From: Syntrophales bacterium
GTDB taxonomy: Bacteria; Desulfobacterota; Syntrophia; Syntrophales; UBA4778
DNA: 64,000 bases
Assembly: GCA_963665615.2 (NCBI GenBank)
Contig: CAXXQE010000008.1
Coordinates: forward strand, 558,001 to 622,000
Direction: 5' to 3'
Part shown: positions 1 to 9,043 of the stretch, one piece after another
How the letters are laid out: every line of letters starts with the position of its first letter
How positions within the stretch are numbered: the stretch's first letter is position 1
Notes under the pieces: model-generated
What the model was told of the DNA's origin: nothing
Databases searched by the model: none
What the model saw: only the letters and a program-made list of their open reading frames with translations
Program-made: the position numbers and the translations under genes

Positions 1-114
1 CCGCTCAGAAATCTTTTTCCGTCATGTCCGGCGGCAGATTGCCAATACCGTCGGGTCGGAAAAATCTTTGATTCGCGTTCGAGACCCATCCCGCAATCCG
101 CTTGTTTGATGATT

Positions 115-300
115 GATGGCCTACAGAAAAGTCGAACAAAGCGTCATTGCGCCTGTCCCGATGCTGTAGCGGCGAGGAACGCAGAGACGAAGCAATCTCA
201 TGAATCTGGCGAATTAGATTGCTTCGCTACGCTCGCAATGACTCATCGCGAATTGTTGCGATGTCCATCGCCTGTCATGCCCACGAAGGCGGGCATCCAG
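115..300. repeat. Composite of nested palindromic (CGTC-type REP/MITE-like) repeats, family A
   Basis: GTCATTGCG...GAAGCAATCT...AGATTGCTTC...CGCAATGAC at 143-242 matches the copy at 30554-30630. It is flanked by imperfect GATGG.../...CCATC ends (115, 269) and followed by the hairpin GTCATGCCCACGAAGGCGGGCATCCAG (274-300). Confidence 0.8.
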
Positions 301-323
301 TAAGAAGAAAGTATTTATAAGTT

Positions 324-1673
324 ATGAACCCGATCAAAGTGCATATCGTCAGCCTCGGCTGTCCGAAGAATCTTGTGGATTCGGAGGTCATGACGGCGGG
401 GTTGATCAAGGCCGGCTATGTGATGACGCCGCACGAGGAAGAGGCCGAGGTGGTTCTGATCAATACCTGCGCCTTCATCCTTCCGGCCAAAGAGGAATCG
501 ATTGCGGAGATCCTGCGGCTGGCCGAATTGAAACAGACAGGGGCCTGCCGCCAACTCATCGTGACAGGTTGTCTGCCGCAACGCTATCAGGGGGAACTGG
601 CGACGGCGCTTCCTGAGGTGGATCTCTTTCTGGGAACGGGTGACGCCGGGCGCATTGTCGCGCACCTGAAGAAGCTGCGCAGCGGCGGGACGACAGCTCT
701 TCCCGCAATCGCCGAGCCGACCTTTCTCATGACCGCCACCCACGACCGGATGCTCGCGACGCTCCCACATACGGCCTTTCTCAAGATCGCGGAAGGGTGC
801 TCCAACCGCTGCACCTACTGCATCATTCCGACCGTGCGCGGATCTTACCGCAGCAGGCGTCCCCCCGACATATTGAAGGAGGCGGAGGCTTTGGCCGCAC
901 GCGGGGTCAAGGAACTCATCCTTATCGCGCAGGACACTACCGCCTACGGATCGGACCTGAAGGGCAGGCCAACCTTGGCCGCGCTTATGCGTTCCCTCGC
1001 CGGGATCGACGGCCTCCAATGGATCCGCCTCCTCTATACCCATCCGGAAAGCCTTTCCGACGCGGTGCTGGAGGCGATGGCTGCGGAGCCGAAGATCTGC
1101 CGCTACATCGACTTTCCCGTTCAGCATATCGACGATGAGATCCTCCGGGCCATGAACCGGCGGGTCGGAAGCCGGGACATCCTGGCGAAGATCCGGCGCG
1201 CCCGCGAGATTATGCCCGATGTCGCCCTGCGGACCTCCCTGATCGTCGGCTTTCCCGGTGAGACTCCCGGCCGGTTTCAAAAGCTTGTCGATTTTGTCCG
1301 GAATGTGCGATTCGACCATCTCGGCGTCTTCACCTATTCGCGGGAGGAGGGAACGCCGGCGGCGCTCCTGCCGCGCCAAGTCTCGGAAGGGGTCAAACAG
1401 ACGCGGCGGGATCTTCTCATGGCCGAGCAGGCGGAGATCTCTTTCGAAATCAACCGGGGCCTGATCGGAACCACGCAGGAGATGATTGTCGAGGCCGTAA
1501 GCGAAACCCCCGGCTATTTGCTCGCTCGCTGCCGACGGCAGGCCCCGGAGATCGACGGGGTCACACTGCTCAGGCGCACGCCAAGGGCCAGACCCGGCGA
1601 AATCCTTATGGGGCGCATCGTGGCGGCGGAGGATTATGACCTCGTTGCCGAATTGGCGAAACAACGTCGATAA
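324..1673 (+). CDS. rimO: Ribosomal protein S12 methylthiotransferase (radical SAM)
   Basis: N-terminal SLGCPKNLVDSE and INTCAFI (UPF0004), KIAEGCSNRCTYCIIP CxxxCxxC, C-terminal TRAM with QAPEIDG. Confidence 0.95.
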   Translation: MNPIKVHIVSLGCPKNLVDSEVMTAGLIKAGYVMTPHEEEAEVVLINTCAFILPAKEESIAEILRLAELKQTGACRQLIVTGCLPQRYQGELATALPEVDLFLGTGDAGRIVAHLKKLRSGGTTALPAIAEPTFLMTATHDRMLATLPHTAFLKIAEGCSNRCTYCIIPTVRGSYRSRRPPDILKEAEALAARGVKELILIAQDTTAYGSDLKGRPTLAALMRSLAGIDGLQWIRLLYTHPESLSDAVLEAMAAEPKICRYIDFPVQHIDDEILRAMNRRVGSRDILAKIRRAREIMPDVALRTSLIVGFPGETPGRFQKLVDFVRNVRFDHLGVFTYSREEGTPAALLPRQVSEGVKQTRRDLLMAEQAEISFEINRGLIGTTQEMIVEAVSETPGYLLARCRRQAPEIDGVTLLRRTPRARPGEILMGRIVAAEDYDLVAELAKQRR

Positions 1674-1789
1674 ACCCGTTGACTCCTGCCCCCAAGTCGG
1701 ATTATTTATATTGTTCCAGCGATTAAGAGCTTGTCCGCAAAGAGCGCGCCCGGATTTGGGATAAGCTCCAGATACAAAATGTTGGTACC

Positions 1790-1824
1790 TTGAACTCCAA
1801 ACTTTAAACTCTGAACTTAAAACA
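1790..1824. repeat. Degenerate heptamer tandem repeat (YYRAACT x5)
   Basis: ttgaact ccaaact ttaaact ctgaact taaaaca. Confidence 0.6.
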
Positions 1825-1849
1825 ACCCGCGTAGCGGGGAGGACATGCT

Positions 1850-2824
1850 ATGCCATTACAGGAAATACTCGCCCGATATGCAGCCGACCTCCATAAGGTA
1901 GAGGAGCACCTCTCTGCGAACATCCTCTCCGAAGTTGCCCTGATTCCCGAGGTCTCCGATCACCTGATCCGCAGCGGCGGCAAGCGATTCCGTCCTTTGC
2001 TTCTGCTGCTGACCGCTGACCTGTGCGGCTATATGGGCGACCGTCGCTATCTCATGGCCGTGATTGTCGAGTTCATTCATACCGCAAGCCTTCTCCACGA
2101 CGACGTTGTCGATCATGCCGATAGCCGCCGGGGCAAACCCTCCGCCAACCACGTCTGGGGCAACTCCGCCAGTGTTCTTGTCGGGGATTACCTCTATTCC
2201 AAGGCTTTCCGGCTGATGGGGGACGACGGGGAGTTGTCCATCAACAAGCTCATCGCCACCGTTTCCAACACGATGGCCGAGGGGGAGGTTTTTCAACTTG
2301 TGAAGTCGGGTGATTTCGAGATCACCGAAGAGGAATATTTCTCCTTGATCGAGAAGAAGACGGCCATTCTCATCGCGGCATCCTGCGCGTTAGGCGGGCT
2401 GCTGGCTAAGGTTTCCGAAGAGAAGGTCAGCGCGCTCATGCGCTTCGGCATGCGCGTGGGAACCGCCTTTCAGATGACCGACGATACCCTTGACTACATG
2501 GCGGACGAAAAGGACTTCGGCAAGGCGATCGGGACCGATCTTCGGGAAGGGAAGATCACGCTGCCCCTCATTCATGCCCTTAAACGGTGTACGCCCGAGG
2601 AGCGGGTCCGGATTCGCGCAGCTGTGAAGAAGGAAGATATTACCCCCGCCGAAGTGGGCGGCATTATCGCGATCATCCAGAAATACGACGGAATCGATTA
2701 CGCGCTCAACCGTGCCAAAACCCTGATCGGCGAGGCGAAAGCTGCACTGGATTGCTTTGACGACGGCGATGCCAAACTCGCGTTAACGAATCTGGCACAG
2801 TTTGTCATCGACAGGAACCTTTAA
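1850..2824 (+). CDS. ispB: Polyprenyl diphosphate synthase (octaprenyl/heptaprenyl type, IspB-like)
   Basis: GGKRFRP, first Asp-rich LHDDVVD..SRRG, KTA motif, second motif FQMTDDTLD; GGAGG SD upstream. Confidence 0.85.
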   Translation: MPLQEILARYAADLHKVEEHLSANILSEVALIPEVSDHLIRSGGKRFRPLLLLLTADLCGYMGDRRYLMAVIVEFIHTASLLHDDVVDHADSRRGKPSANHVWGNSASVLVGDYLYSKAFRLMGDDGELSINKLIATVSNTMAEGEVFQLVKSGDFEITEEEYFSLIEKKTAILIAASCALGGLLAKVSEEKVSALMRFGMRVGTAFQMTDDTLDYMADEKDFGKAIGTDLREGKITLPLIHALKRCTPEERVRIRAAVKKEDITPAEVGGIIAIIQKYDGIDYALNRAKTLIGEAKAALDCFDDGDAKLALTNLAQFVIDRNL

Positions 2825-2900
2825 AAAGAGCGTTTCGAGTTTGAAATTAAACGAAGCCATCCGGCTTGATCGGATCACAGAAAAAATCAGGAGGGAAACG

Positions 2901-3335
2901 ATGATGAAAAGCATGATGACCTCAGTTCTGGCGGCAGGGTTCTTCTTTGTTTCTGTTGCGGCGGCGATAGCGGCCGCGCCCATTTATCAGGAGGGGCAAT
3001 GGGAGATCACGACAATCACGGATATACCCGGTATGCCGAAGGAGATGGCCAAGCCCCATACCTATAAGACGTGCTTGACCGCGAAGGAGGCCGTTCCCCG
3101 TCCGGAAGACCGGACCGACAGACAGTGCAAGATCACCGACCAGTCGGTCAGTGGCAACACCGCCACCTGGAAGATGGTATGCACCGACGGAACCACGGGA
3201 GAGGGCAAGATCACCTATGCCAAGACGTCCTATGAGGGTGTCTTCACCATGACAACCACCGCCGAGGGTCGAAAGATGGTCATTAAAAACAAAATGACCG
3301 GCCGCTATCTCGGGCCGTGCCCCACAAAAAAGTAG
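2901..3335 (+). CDS. Secreted DUF3617-like beta-rich protein
   Basis: GGAGG SD before ATG 2901, signal peptide, GQWEIT..CLT..C..W.MVC..G.YLGPC pattern. Confidence 0.75.
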   Translation: MMKSMMTSVLAAGFFFVSVAAAIAAAPIYQEGQWEITTITDIPGMPKEMAKPHTYKTCLTAKEAVPRPEDRTDRQCKITDQSVSGNTATWKMVCTDGTTGEGKITYAKTSYEGVFTMTTTAEGRKMVIKNKMTGRYLGPCPTKK

Positions 3336-3345
3336 AGAGGCTGCG

Positions 3346-5277
3346 ATGACATTTTCTAAGTTGTTTTCACCGATCACCATCAAAAACTTGACGCTCCGCA
3401 ATCGTCTGATGATGCTGCCCGTCAGCTCCGGGTTTCAGGAACCGGATGAAACAGTGGGCGCGCGCTACATTCAGTTTTATGAAGCCAGGGCCAAAGGGGG
3501 CGTCGGCCTGATCGACATTCCCTTTGCACCGCTGCGGGAACGTGAAGGCGGAGAACCCGGTTTGTACGACGACCGCTTCCTGCCCGGCGCCCGCGCCCTG
3601 ACATCCGCGCTTCATGCGCACGGCGCCGCCGTATCGGCACAGCTGATCGTCACTTATGAGGTTGGCTTCGGCGACGGTCCCGCAGAGGTCGTCGGCCCGT
3701 CACCCGTATACAACAGAGTCATGCACGCGACGCCGAGGGAGTTGACGCGGGACGAGATCCGCTTTATCGTGGCCGCCTATGGCCATGCAGCGCGCCGCGC
3801 CCGTGCCGCGGGCTTCGACGCCGTCGATATCCTCATTGGCGCAGGGTATATCCTGAACCGTTTTCTCTCCCCGATAGCCAATGAACGCCAGGACGAATAC
3901 GGCGGAAGTCTGGAAAACCGGATGCGCATGAGCCTGGAGGTGATCGAGGCTGTCCGGCGCGAGGCCGGGAAAGACTTTCCCATCTTCTGCCGTCTTAACA
4001 TCGACGAGCAGATGACCGGCGGACTGACCCCGGCGGAGACCGCGGAGATCCTGAAGGTTCTTGAAAAGAACGGCGTCGATCTGATCATCGTTTACACCGG
4101 CTGGCATGAGTCGCCCGTTCCTACGGTCGCGCCGTCCCTGCCGAAAGGGGCCTTTGCCCACCTGGCCCGCCGCGTCAAGGACAGCGTCGCGCTTCCCGTA
4201 GTCGCCTCCAACCGCATCAATGACCCCTTTACCGCAGAGAAGATCCTGGCCGACGGACAGGCCGATCTGATCGGCATGGGCCGGGCGCTTCTGGCCGATC
4301 CCGAACTGCCCAACAAGGCGCGCGAGGGGCGGACGGATGAAATCGTGCCGTGTCTGGCCTGCGGCGAATGCCTGGCGCAGACCATGTCGGTGGCCTATGG
4401 CGGCGCGATGGCCGAGGTCGGGCGCGCCTTGTGCAGCGTCAATCCCCAGTCCGGCAAAGAGGCGGCGCTTGCGCCCGCGGCCCGCAAAAAGAGGATCTTC
4501 GTGGCCGGAAGCGGCCCCGCCGGTTTGATAGCGGCCAAAACCGCCGCAGCCAGGGGCCATGAGGTCACGGTCTTCGAGAAAAGCAGCGAACCGGGTGGTC
4601 GTCTCGTTTTTGCGGCCCTTCCTCCATTCAAGGAAGACATCCGTCAGCTCGTCAAGAGTCTTTATGTCCTGGCGCAGAAGGACGGCGTGACGTTCCGGCT
4701 CAATACCGAGCTGACCCCGCGAGCGGTCGAAGAGGCGCGTCCGGACGCCCTGATCCTGGCGACGGGCGCCGAACCGCTTGTTCCTCCGATTGCGGGGATC
4801 GACGGGCCGACTGTGGTTTCAGCGGAGGATGTGCTGTCCGGATGCAAGCGCCTTCAAGGCGCCGTGGTCGTCATCGGGGGCGGCATGGTGGGTTGCGAGA
4901 CCGCGGAGTTCCTTGTCGAGCAGGGGCTCAGCGATATCACGATCCTGGAGATGCTGAGTCGCATGGCGGCAAATGTCGCGTCCACCTATCGCCCCTTCTT
5001 TTTGGCGAGGTTGAAGAAGGCCGGTGTCCGGATGGAAACGGGTTCGACCGTTGTCGAGGTGACCGATCGCGGCGTGACGGCGAAGCGCTCCGATGGAAGC
5101 AGCGCGTTCATCCCGGCGGAGTCGGTCGTCCTGGCAGCCGGTTACAGGGCCGATGCGCGGAAGATCGAGGCATTCCAGAACCTGTCCCCGGAGATCCATC
5201 CGATCGGCGATTGCGTCAAGGCGCGGCTGATCAAGGACGCCCTCGAAGAGGGCTTTGCCGTGGGCCAATCGATCTAG
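3346..5277 (+). CDS. NADH:flavin oxidoreductase (Old Yellow Enzyme / 2,4-dienoyl-CoA reductase family, FMN + Fe-S + FAD)
   Basis: LFSPITIKNLTLRNR, NERQDEYGGSLENR, GRALLADP, CLACGEC..C, GSGPAG and IGGGMVGCE Rossmann motifs. Confidence 0.9.
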   Translation: MTFSKLFSPITIKNLTLRNRLMMLPVSSGFQEPDETVGARYIQFYEARAKGGVGLIDIPFAPLREREGGEPGLYDDRFLPGARALTSALHAHGAAVSAQLIVTYEVGFGDGPAEVVGPSPVYNRVMHATPRELTRDEIRFIVAAYGHAARRARAAGFDAVDILIGAGYILNRFLSPIANERQDEYGGSLENRMRMSLEVIEAVRREAGKDFPIFCRLNIDEQMTGGLTPAETAEILKVLEKNGVDLIIVYTGWHESPVPTVAPSLPKGAFAHLARRVKDSVALPVVASNRINDPFTAEKILADGQADLIGMGRALLADPELPNKAREGRTDEIVPCLACGECLAQTMSVAYGGAMAEVGRALCSVNPQSGKEAALAPAARKKRIFVAGSGPAGLIAAKTAAARGHEVTVFEKSSEPGGRLVFAALPPFKEDIRQLVKSLYVLAQKDGVTFRLNTELTPRAVEEARPDALILATGAEPLVPPIAGIDGPTVVSAEDVLSGCKRLQGAVVVIGGGMVGCETAEFLVEQGLSDITILEMLSRMAANVASTYRPFFLARLKKAGVRMETGSTVVEVTDRGVTAKRSDGSSAFIPAESVVLAAGYRADARKIEAFQNLSPEIHPIGDCVKARLIKDALEEGFAVGQSI

Positions 5278-5344
5278 CCGCACCGGAAATATAGGACGAC
5301 CTGTCCGGCCTTGCCGGAAATACACGGCGGCATTTCCTTTGCTT

Positions 5345-6577
5345 ATGGCACCTTCGAAACATTCCGGGTCTTCTACTGCGAGGTCAACGTCATGGCGGGC
5401 CCTGCCCCCGGGCATCTGGGCGCTGGGTTTCGGCTCCCTCTTCATGGACGCCTCTTCGGAGCTGATCCACAGTGTGCTTCCGGTTTTCATGGTCACGACG
5501 CTGGGGGCCTCCATGGTGACGGTCGGCGTCATCGAGGGTATCGCGGAGGCGACCGCCGCCGTCATGAAGGTTTTTTCGGGCGCCCTCAGTGATTATCTCC
5601 GGAAACGCAAGGCCCTGCTCGTGCTGGGTTATGGCCTTGCCGCCTTCACAAAACCTGTTTTCCCGCTGGCAAACTCGTTGGGTTGGGTTTTTGCAGCCCG
5701 TTTTATCGATCGCGTCGGCAAAGGCATTCGCGGTGCGCCCCGCGATGCGCTGGTGGCCGATATCACGCCGCCTCAAATGCGTGGGGCAGCCTATGGTCTG
5801 CGTCAGGCGCTCGATTCCGTGGGGGCGGTGATCGGCCCGGTGCTGGCTGTGGCGCTCATGATCTGGCTGGCGAATGACCTCAGATCGGTTATGTGGTTTG
5901 CAGTCATCCCGGCCTTTATCACGGTGATTCTGCTCCTTGTCTATGTTCGCGACCCTGATCATGCGCCGGGGGATGCCCGGGTCAGGAAACCGTTTACTCT
6001 TGCCGATGCCCGGCGTCTTCCCTTGCGTTACTGGCTGGTTGTCGCTTTGGGAGCGGTCTTTACCCTGGCACGCTTCAGCGAGACCTTTCTGGTTTTGCGT
6101 GCGCGGGACGTCGGGCTTGCACTCAGCCAGGTGCCCCTGGTCATGATCGTGATGAACCTCTTTTTCGCCGGTCTGGCTTATCCGGCAGGGGCTGCCGCCG
6201 ATCGCATACGTCCCCGCAGCCTGCTGCTTATCGGACTGGTCCTGCTGATCGCGGCCTATGTCTTCCTGGCCGTTGCCATATCGCCCCTTGTGGTCTTTGC
6301 CGGCGCCGCGTTGTGGGGGCTGCACCTTGCTTTGACCCAGGGGCTGTTGTCGAAGATTGTCGCGGATACCGCGCCCGCCGAACTGGTCGGTACCGGCTTC
6401 GGAATCTTCAACCTCGTCAGCGGTGGTGCGCTGCTTGTCGCCAGCGTAATTGCCGGCATCCTGTGGAGCGCCTTCGGCGCCTCGGCCACCTTCCTGGTCG
6501 GCGCCGCTTTCGCAACAGTTGCGGCCGTCGGATTGCTCATGACGGGATGCTATCGCAGATCGCAATCCGGAAAATAA
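5345..6577 (+). CDS. MFS transporter
   Basis: About 12 hydrophobic segments, G.LSD.LRKRK motif A, RFIDRVGKGIRGAPRDAL; start codon uncertain. Confidence 0.9.
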   Translation: MAPSKHSGSSTARSTSWRALPPGIWALGFGSLFMDASSELIHSVLPVFMVTTLGASMVTVGVIEGIAEATAAVMKVFSGALSDYLRKRKALLVLGYGLAAFTKPVFPLANSLGWVFAARFIDRVGKGIRGAPRDALVADITPPQMRGAAYGLRQALDSVGAVIGPVLAVALMIWLANDLRSVMWFAVIPAFITVILLLVYVRDPDHAPGDARVRKPFTLADARRLPLRYWLVVALGAVFTLARFSETFLVLRARDVGLALSQVPLVMIVMNLFFAGLAYPAGAAADRIRPRSLLLIGLVLLIAAYVFLAVAISPLVVFAGAALWGLHLALTQGLLSKIVADTAPAELVGTGFGIFNLVSGGALLVASVIAGILWSAFGASATFLVGAAFATVAAVGLLMTGCYRRSQSGK

Positions 6578-6861
6578 GCCTATCTGGAGAGGCATGAAGC
6601 AATGGCCGATAATATTTTGCTCCGTTGATTCAAACGAGCGCCCTTCCGCCATGTCGGGATAAAGAGTCGTCCTGCACGCAGCTTTTTTGGGAACCTGGAT
6701 GTACTTACTCACCGGAGCAATAATGCCATCCTCAAAAAAGTGCGGCCTAAAACGGTAAGAAATGATATAAGAATTTTTTAGATATTGGCGAGACGTGCAC
6801 CGGGACACGGACCGGTGGATGCAAAGACTTTGTCAATATAATAAATGAGTTGGAGCATGAC

Positions 6862-8148
6862 ATGAGCGACTTGAAACAAGCCTACAAAACCATTATGGAC
6901 GACCACTTTCCCGATACGATGACGATCACGTTCGGCAACCAGACCCTTCAGTACAAGAAGCGGGCCTGGAAGCTCGAAGACGGCGGGGCCCTGGTCGAGA
7001 AGGGGCTGCGCTACGGGGAGAACCCCGGGCAGGAGGCCGCCATGTACGAACTCGTCAACGGCAACCTCGTCCTGGGCGACTGTAAATTTATCGGGCCGGG
7101 CAACGCCCTGGTCAGCGCTATCGACGAGCAGATGATGCTCCAGCCGGGCAAGCACCCCGGGAAGATCAACCTCACGGATATCGATAACGCCCTCAATATT
7201 CTCAAATACCTCATGAATAAACCGGCGGCGGTCATCGTCAAGCACAACAACCCCAGCGGCGTCGCCTACGGATCGACGATTGCCGAGGCCTACAACCGGG
7301 CTTTCCGGGCCGACCGGATTGCGGCCTTCGGAGGCTGCGCTGCGCTCAACCGGCCGATCGACCGGGAGACGGCCGAGCTGATGAGCAAGCTCTATCTCGA
7401 AGTGGTCGCCGCGCCGGACTACGTGGACGGCGCCTTCGAGATCCTCAAGCAACGGAAGAACCTCCGCATCATCAAGATCGAACGGATCGACCAGCTTGAA
7501 AAATTCAGATCGCAGCGTTTCGTCGATTTCAAGTCGATGATCGACGGCGGCCTCATCGTCCAGCAGTCGCCGCTCAGCATCGTGAACACCCGCGAAGACC
7601 TGAAACCCGCGGCCTGCGACTACAAGGGGCAGGGTTACAAGATTGACCGGCTGCCCACCGACAAGGAATATGAAGACCTCCTCTTCGGCTGGTTCGTCGA
7701 ACAGGGCGTCACGTCGAACTCCGTGCTCTACGTGAAGGACGGCTGCACGGTCGGGATCGGCACGGGCGAGCAGGACCGCGTGGGCGTGGCCGAGATCGCG
7801 GCCCACAAGGCCTACACGAAATACGCCGATCTCATCTGCTCCGACCGTTACGGCATATCTTATAAAGAATTTGAACTGGCCTGCGAGAAGGGCGAGCGCA
7901 ACAAGGCCGACCTCATCGCCATCGACGAAGAGACGAAGGCCGCAAAGGGCGGGATCAACGGCGCGGCCATGGTCTCCGACGCCTTCTTCCCCTTCCGCGA
8001 CGGCGCCGATGTCGGCATCAAAAACGGGGTCACGAGCATCGTTCAGCCCGGCGGCTCCGAGCGCGATTTCGAAACCATCGTGGCCTGCAACGAAGCGAAT
8101 CCGAAGGTGGCGATGGTGTATACGGGGCAGCGGGCGTTCAAGCACTAG
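6862..8148 (+). CDS. purH: PurH-family AICAR transformylase domain protein lacking the N-terminal IMP cyclohydrolase domain
   Basis: LRYGENPGQ, VKHNNP, SDAFFPFRDG, IVQPGGS, C-terminal RAFKH; no MGS-like N-terminal domain. Confidence 0.85.
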   Translation: MSDLKQAYKTIMDDHFPDTMTITFGNQTLQYKKRAWKLEDGGALVEKGLRYGENPGQEAAMYELVNGNLVLGDCKFIGPGNALVSAIDEQMMLQPGKHPGKINLTDIDNALNILKYLMNKPAAVIVKHNNPSGVAYGSTIAEAYNRAFRADRIAAFGGCAALNRPIDRETAELMSKLYLEVVAAPDYVDGAFEILKQRKNLRIIKIERIDQLEKFRSQRFVDFKSMIDGGLIVQQSPLSIVNTREDLKPAACDYKGQGYKIDRLPTDKEYEDLLFGWFVEQGVTSNSVLYVKDGCTVGIGTGEQDRVGVAEIAAHKAYTKYADLICSDRYGISYKEFELACEKGERNKADLIAIDEETKAAKGGINGAAMVSDAFFPFRDGADVGIKNGVTSIVQPGGSERDFETIVACNEANPKVAMVYTGQRAFKH

Positions 8149-8149
8149 T

Positions 8150-8270
8150 CAGGCTGTTAAAAAAGCTCATATGCTGCGTTGCGCTCCGGGCCGTGGTGCT
8201 CACGTATTATGTATACGCTCCGTTCCCCGGTCCTCGCGCGCCTTGCCTCTAAGCCTTTTTGAGCAGCCTG
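8150..8270. repeat. About 120 bp MITE/REP-like element, family B copy 1
   Basis: Terminal inverted repeats CAGGCTGTTAAAAAAG...CTTTTTGAGCAGCCTG; internal GGTGCTCACGTATTA..TATACGCTCCG shared with 18273-18396. Confidence 0.8.
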
Positions 8271-8325
8271 CAACTTGGCGATGATTTGTTGTCGTTTAAA
8301 TTGACCACGGAGAACCGTAAAGAAG

Positions 8326-8925
8326 ATGAGTAAAAAAATACTGGGGATTGTTGGAAGTTACCGCAAAAACGGCGTGGTGGATACGCTCGTTACGGAGGCG
8401 CTTGGCGCCGCTGAGCGTTGCGGCGCGATTACCAGGAAGATTTACCTCGTTGACGCCAGAATCGGGTTTTGCACCAACTGCCGAAGTTGCACGCAAAAAC
8501 CCGGTGTGGAGCCGGGGGAATGCGTGCTCTCTGACGAGATGCAAGCCATTCTGGACGAGTGGAAATCCTGCGATGCGCTGATTATAGGGGCGCCGGTCAA
8601 TTTCTTCAATGTGACGGCTGTCATGCGACGGTTCATGGAGCGCTTGATCTGCTTTTCCTGTTGGCCCTGGGGACGGCCGGCACCGACTATGAGGAACAAG
8701 GTGCGAGTGAAGAAGGCGGTCCTGATCACGGCGACGGCCATGCCGGCCCTTCTCGGCCGTATCTTTACGGGCGCGGTTCGCGCCCTGAAGTTGACGGCAA
8801 AGACCCTGGGGGCGAAGCCCGTGAAAACCATCTTTGTGGGTCTTGTTGCCTCGCAGCCTGAAGTTGCTCTCTCCCGGGGAGCTATTCGAAAGGCGCAGGC
8901 CGCTGGCCGCGCGCTTGCATCCTGA
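8326..8925 (+). CDS. Flavodoxin-family / iron-sulfur flavoprotein (NADPH-dependent FMN reductase fold)
   Basis: ILGIVGSYRKNG, CTNCRSC..C, DALIIGAPVNF, FMERL. Confidence 0.85.
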   Translation: MSKKILGIVGSYRKNGVVDTLVTEALGAAERCGAITRKIYLVDARIGFCTNCRSCTQKPGVEPGECVLSDEMQAILDEWKSCDALIIGAPVNFFNVTAVMRRFMERLICFSCWPWGRPAPTMRNKVRVKKAVLITATAMPALLGRIFTGAVRALKLTAKTLGAKPVKTIFVGLVASQPEVALSRGAIRKAQAAGRALAS

Positions 8926-9043
8926 AGGTAGCGGGCAACTTTTTTCCTGTGTTACGGTTGCCTGGAAAGTCACTGTCTAGAAAAATCTGGAGCGATTACT
9001 TTCACCTATTAAATCAGTTTGGTGTCATTTCGATATCGCGCCT

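Noticed and set aside
106..303. 65-aa ORF upstream of rimO
   Set aside because: It is the translation of nested palindromic repeats
315..1664. Long antisense ORFs such as 315-1664, 6778-8145, 21299-22855, 42905-43999 and 56675-57751
   Set aside because: Shadows of well-supported genes on the opposite strand, with no recognisable motifs
6781..6850. ZMP/ZTP riboswitch before purH (TGGCGA...CACCGGG resemblance)
   Set aside because: The 3' CGCCTGGGC pseudoknot strand is absent and a TATAAT lies downstream, just before the SD
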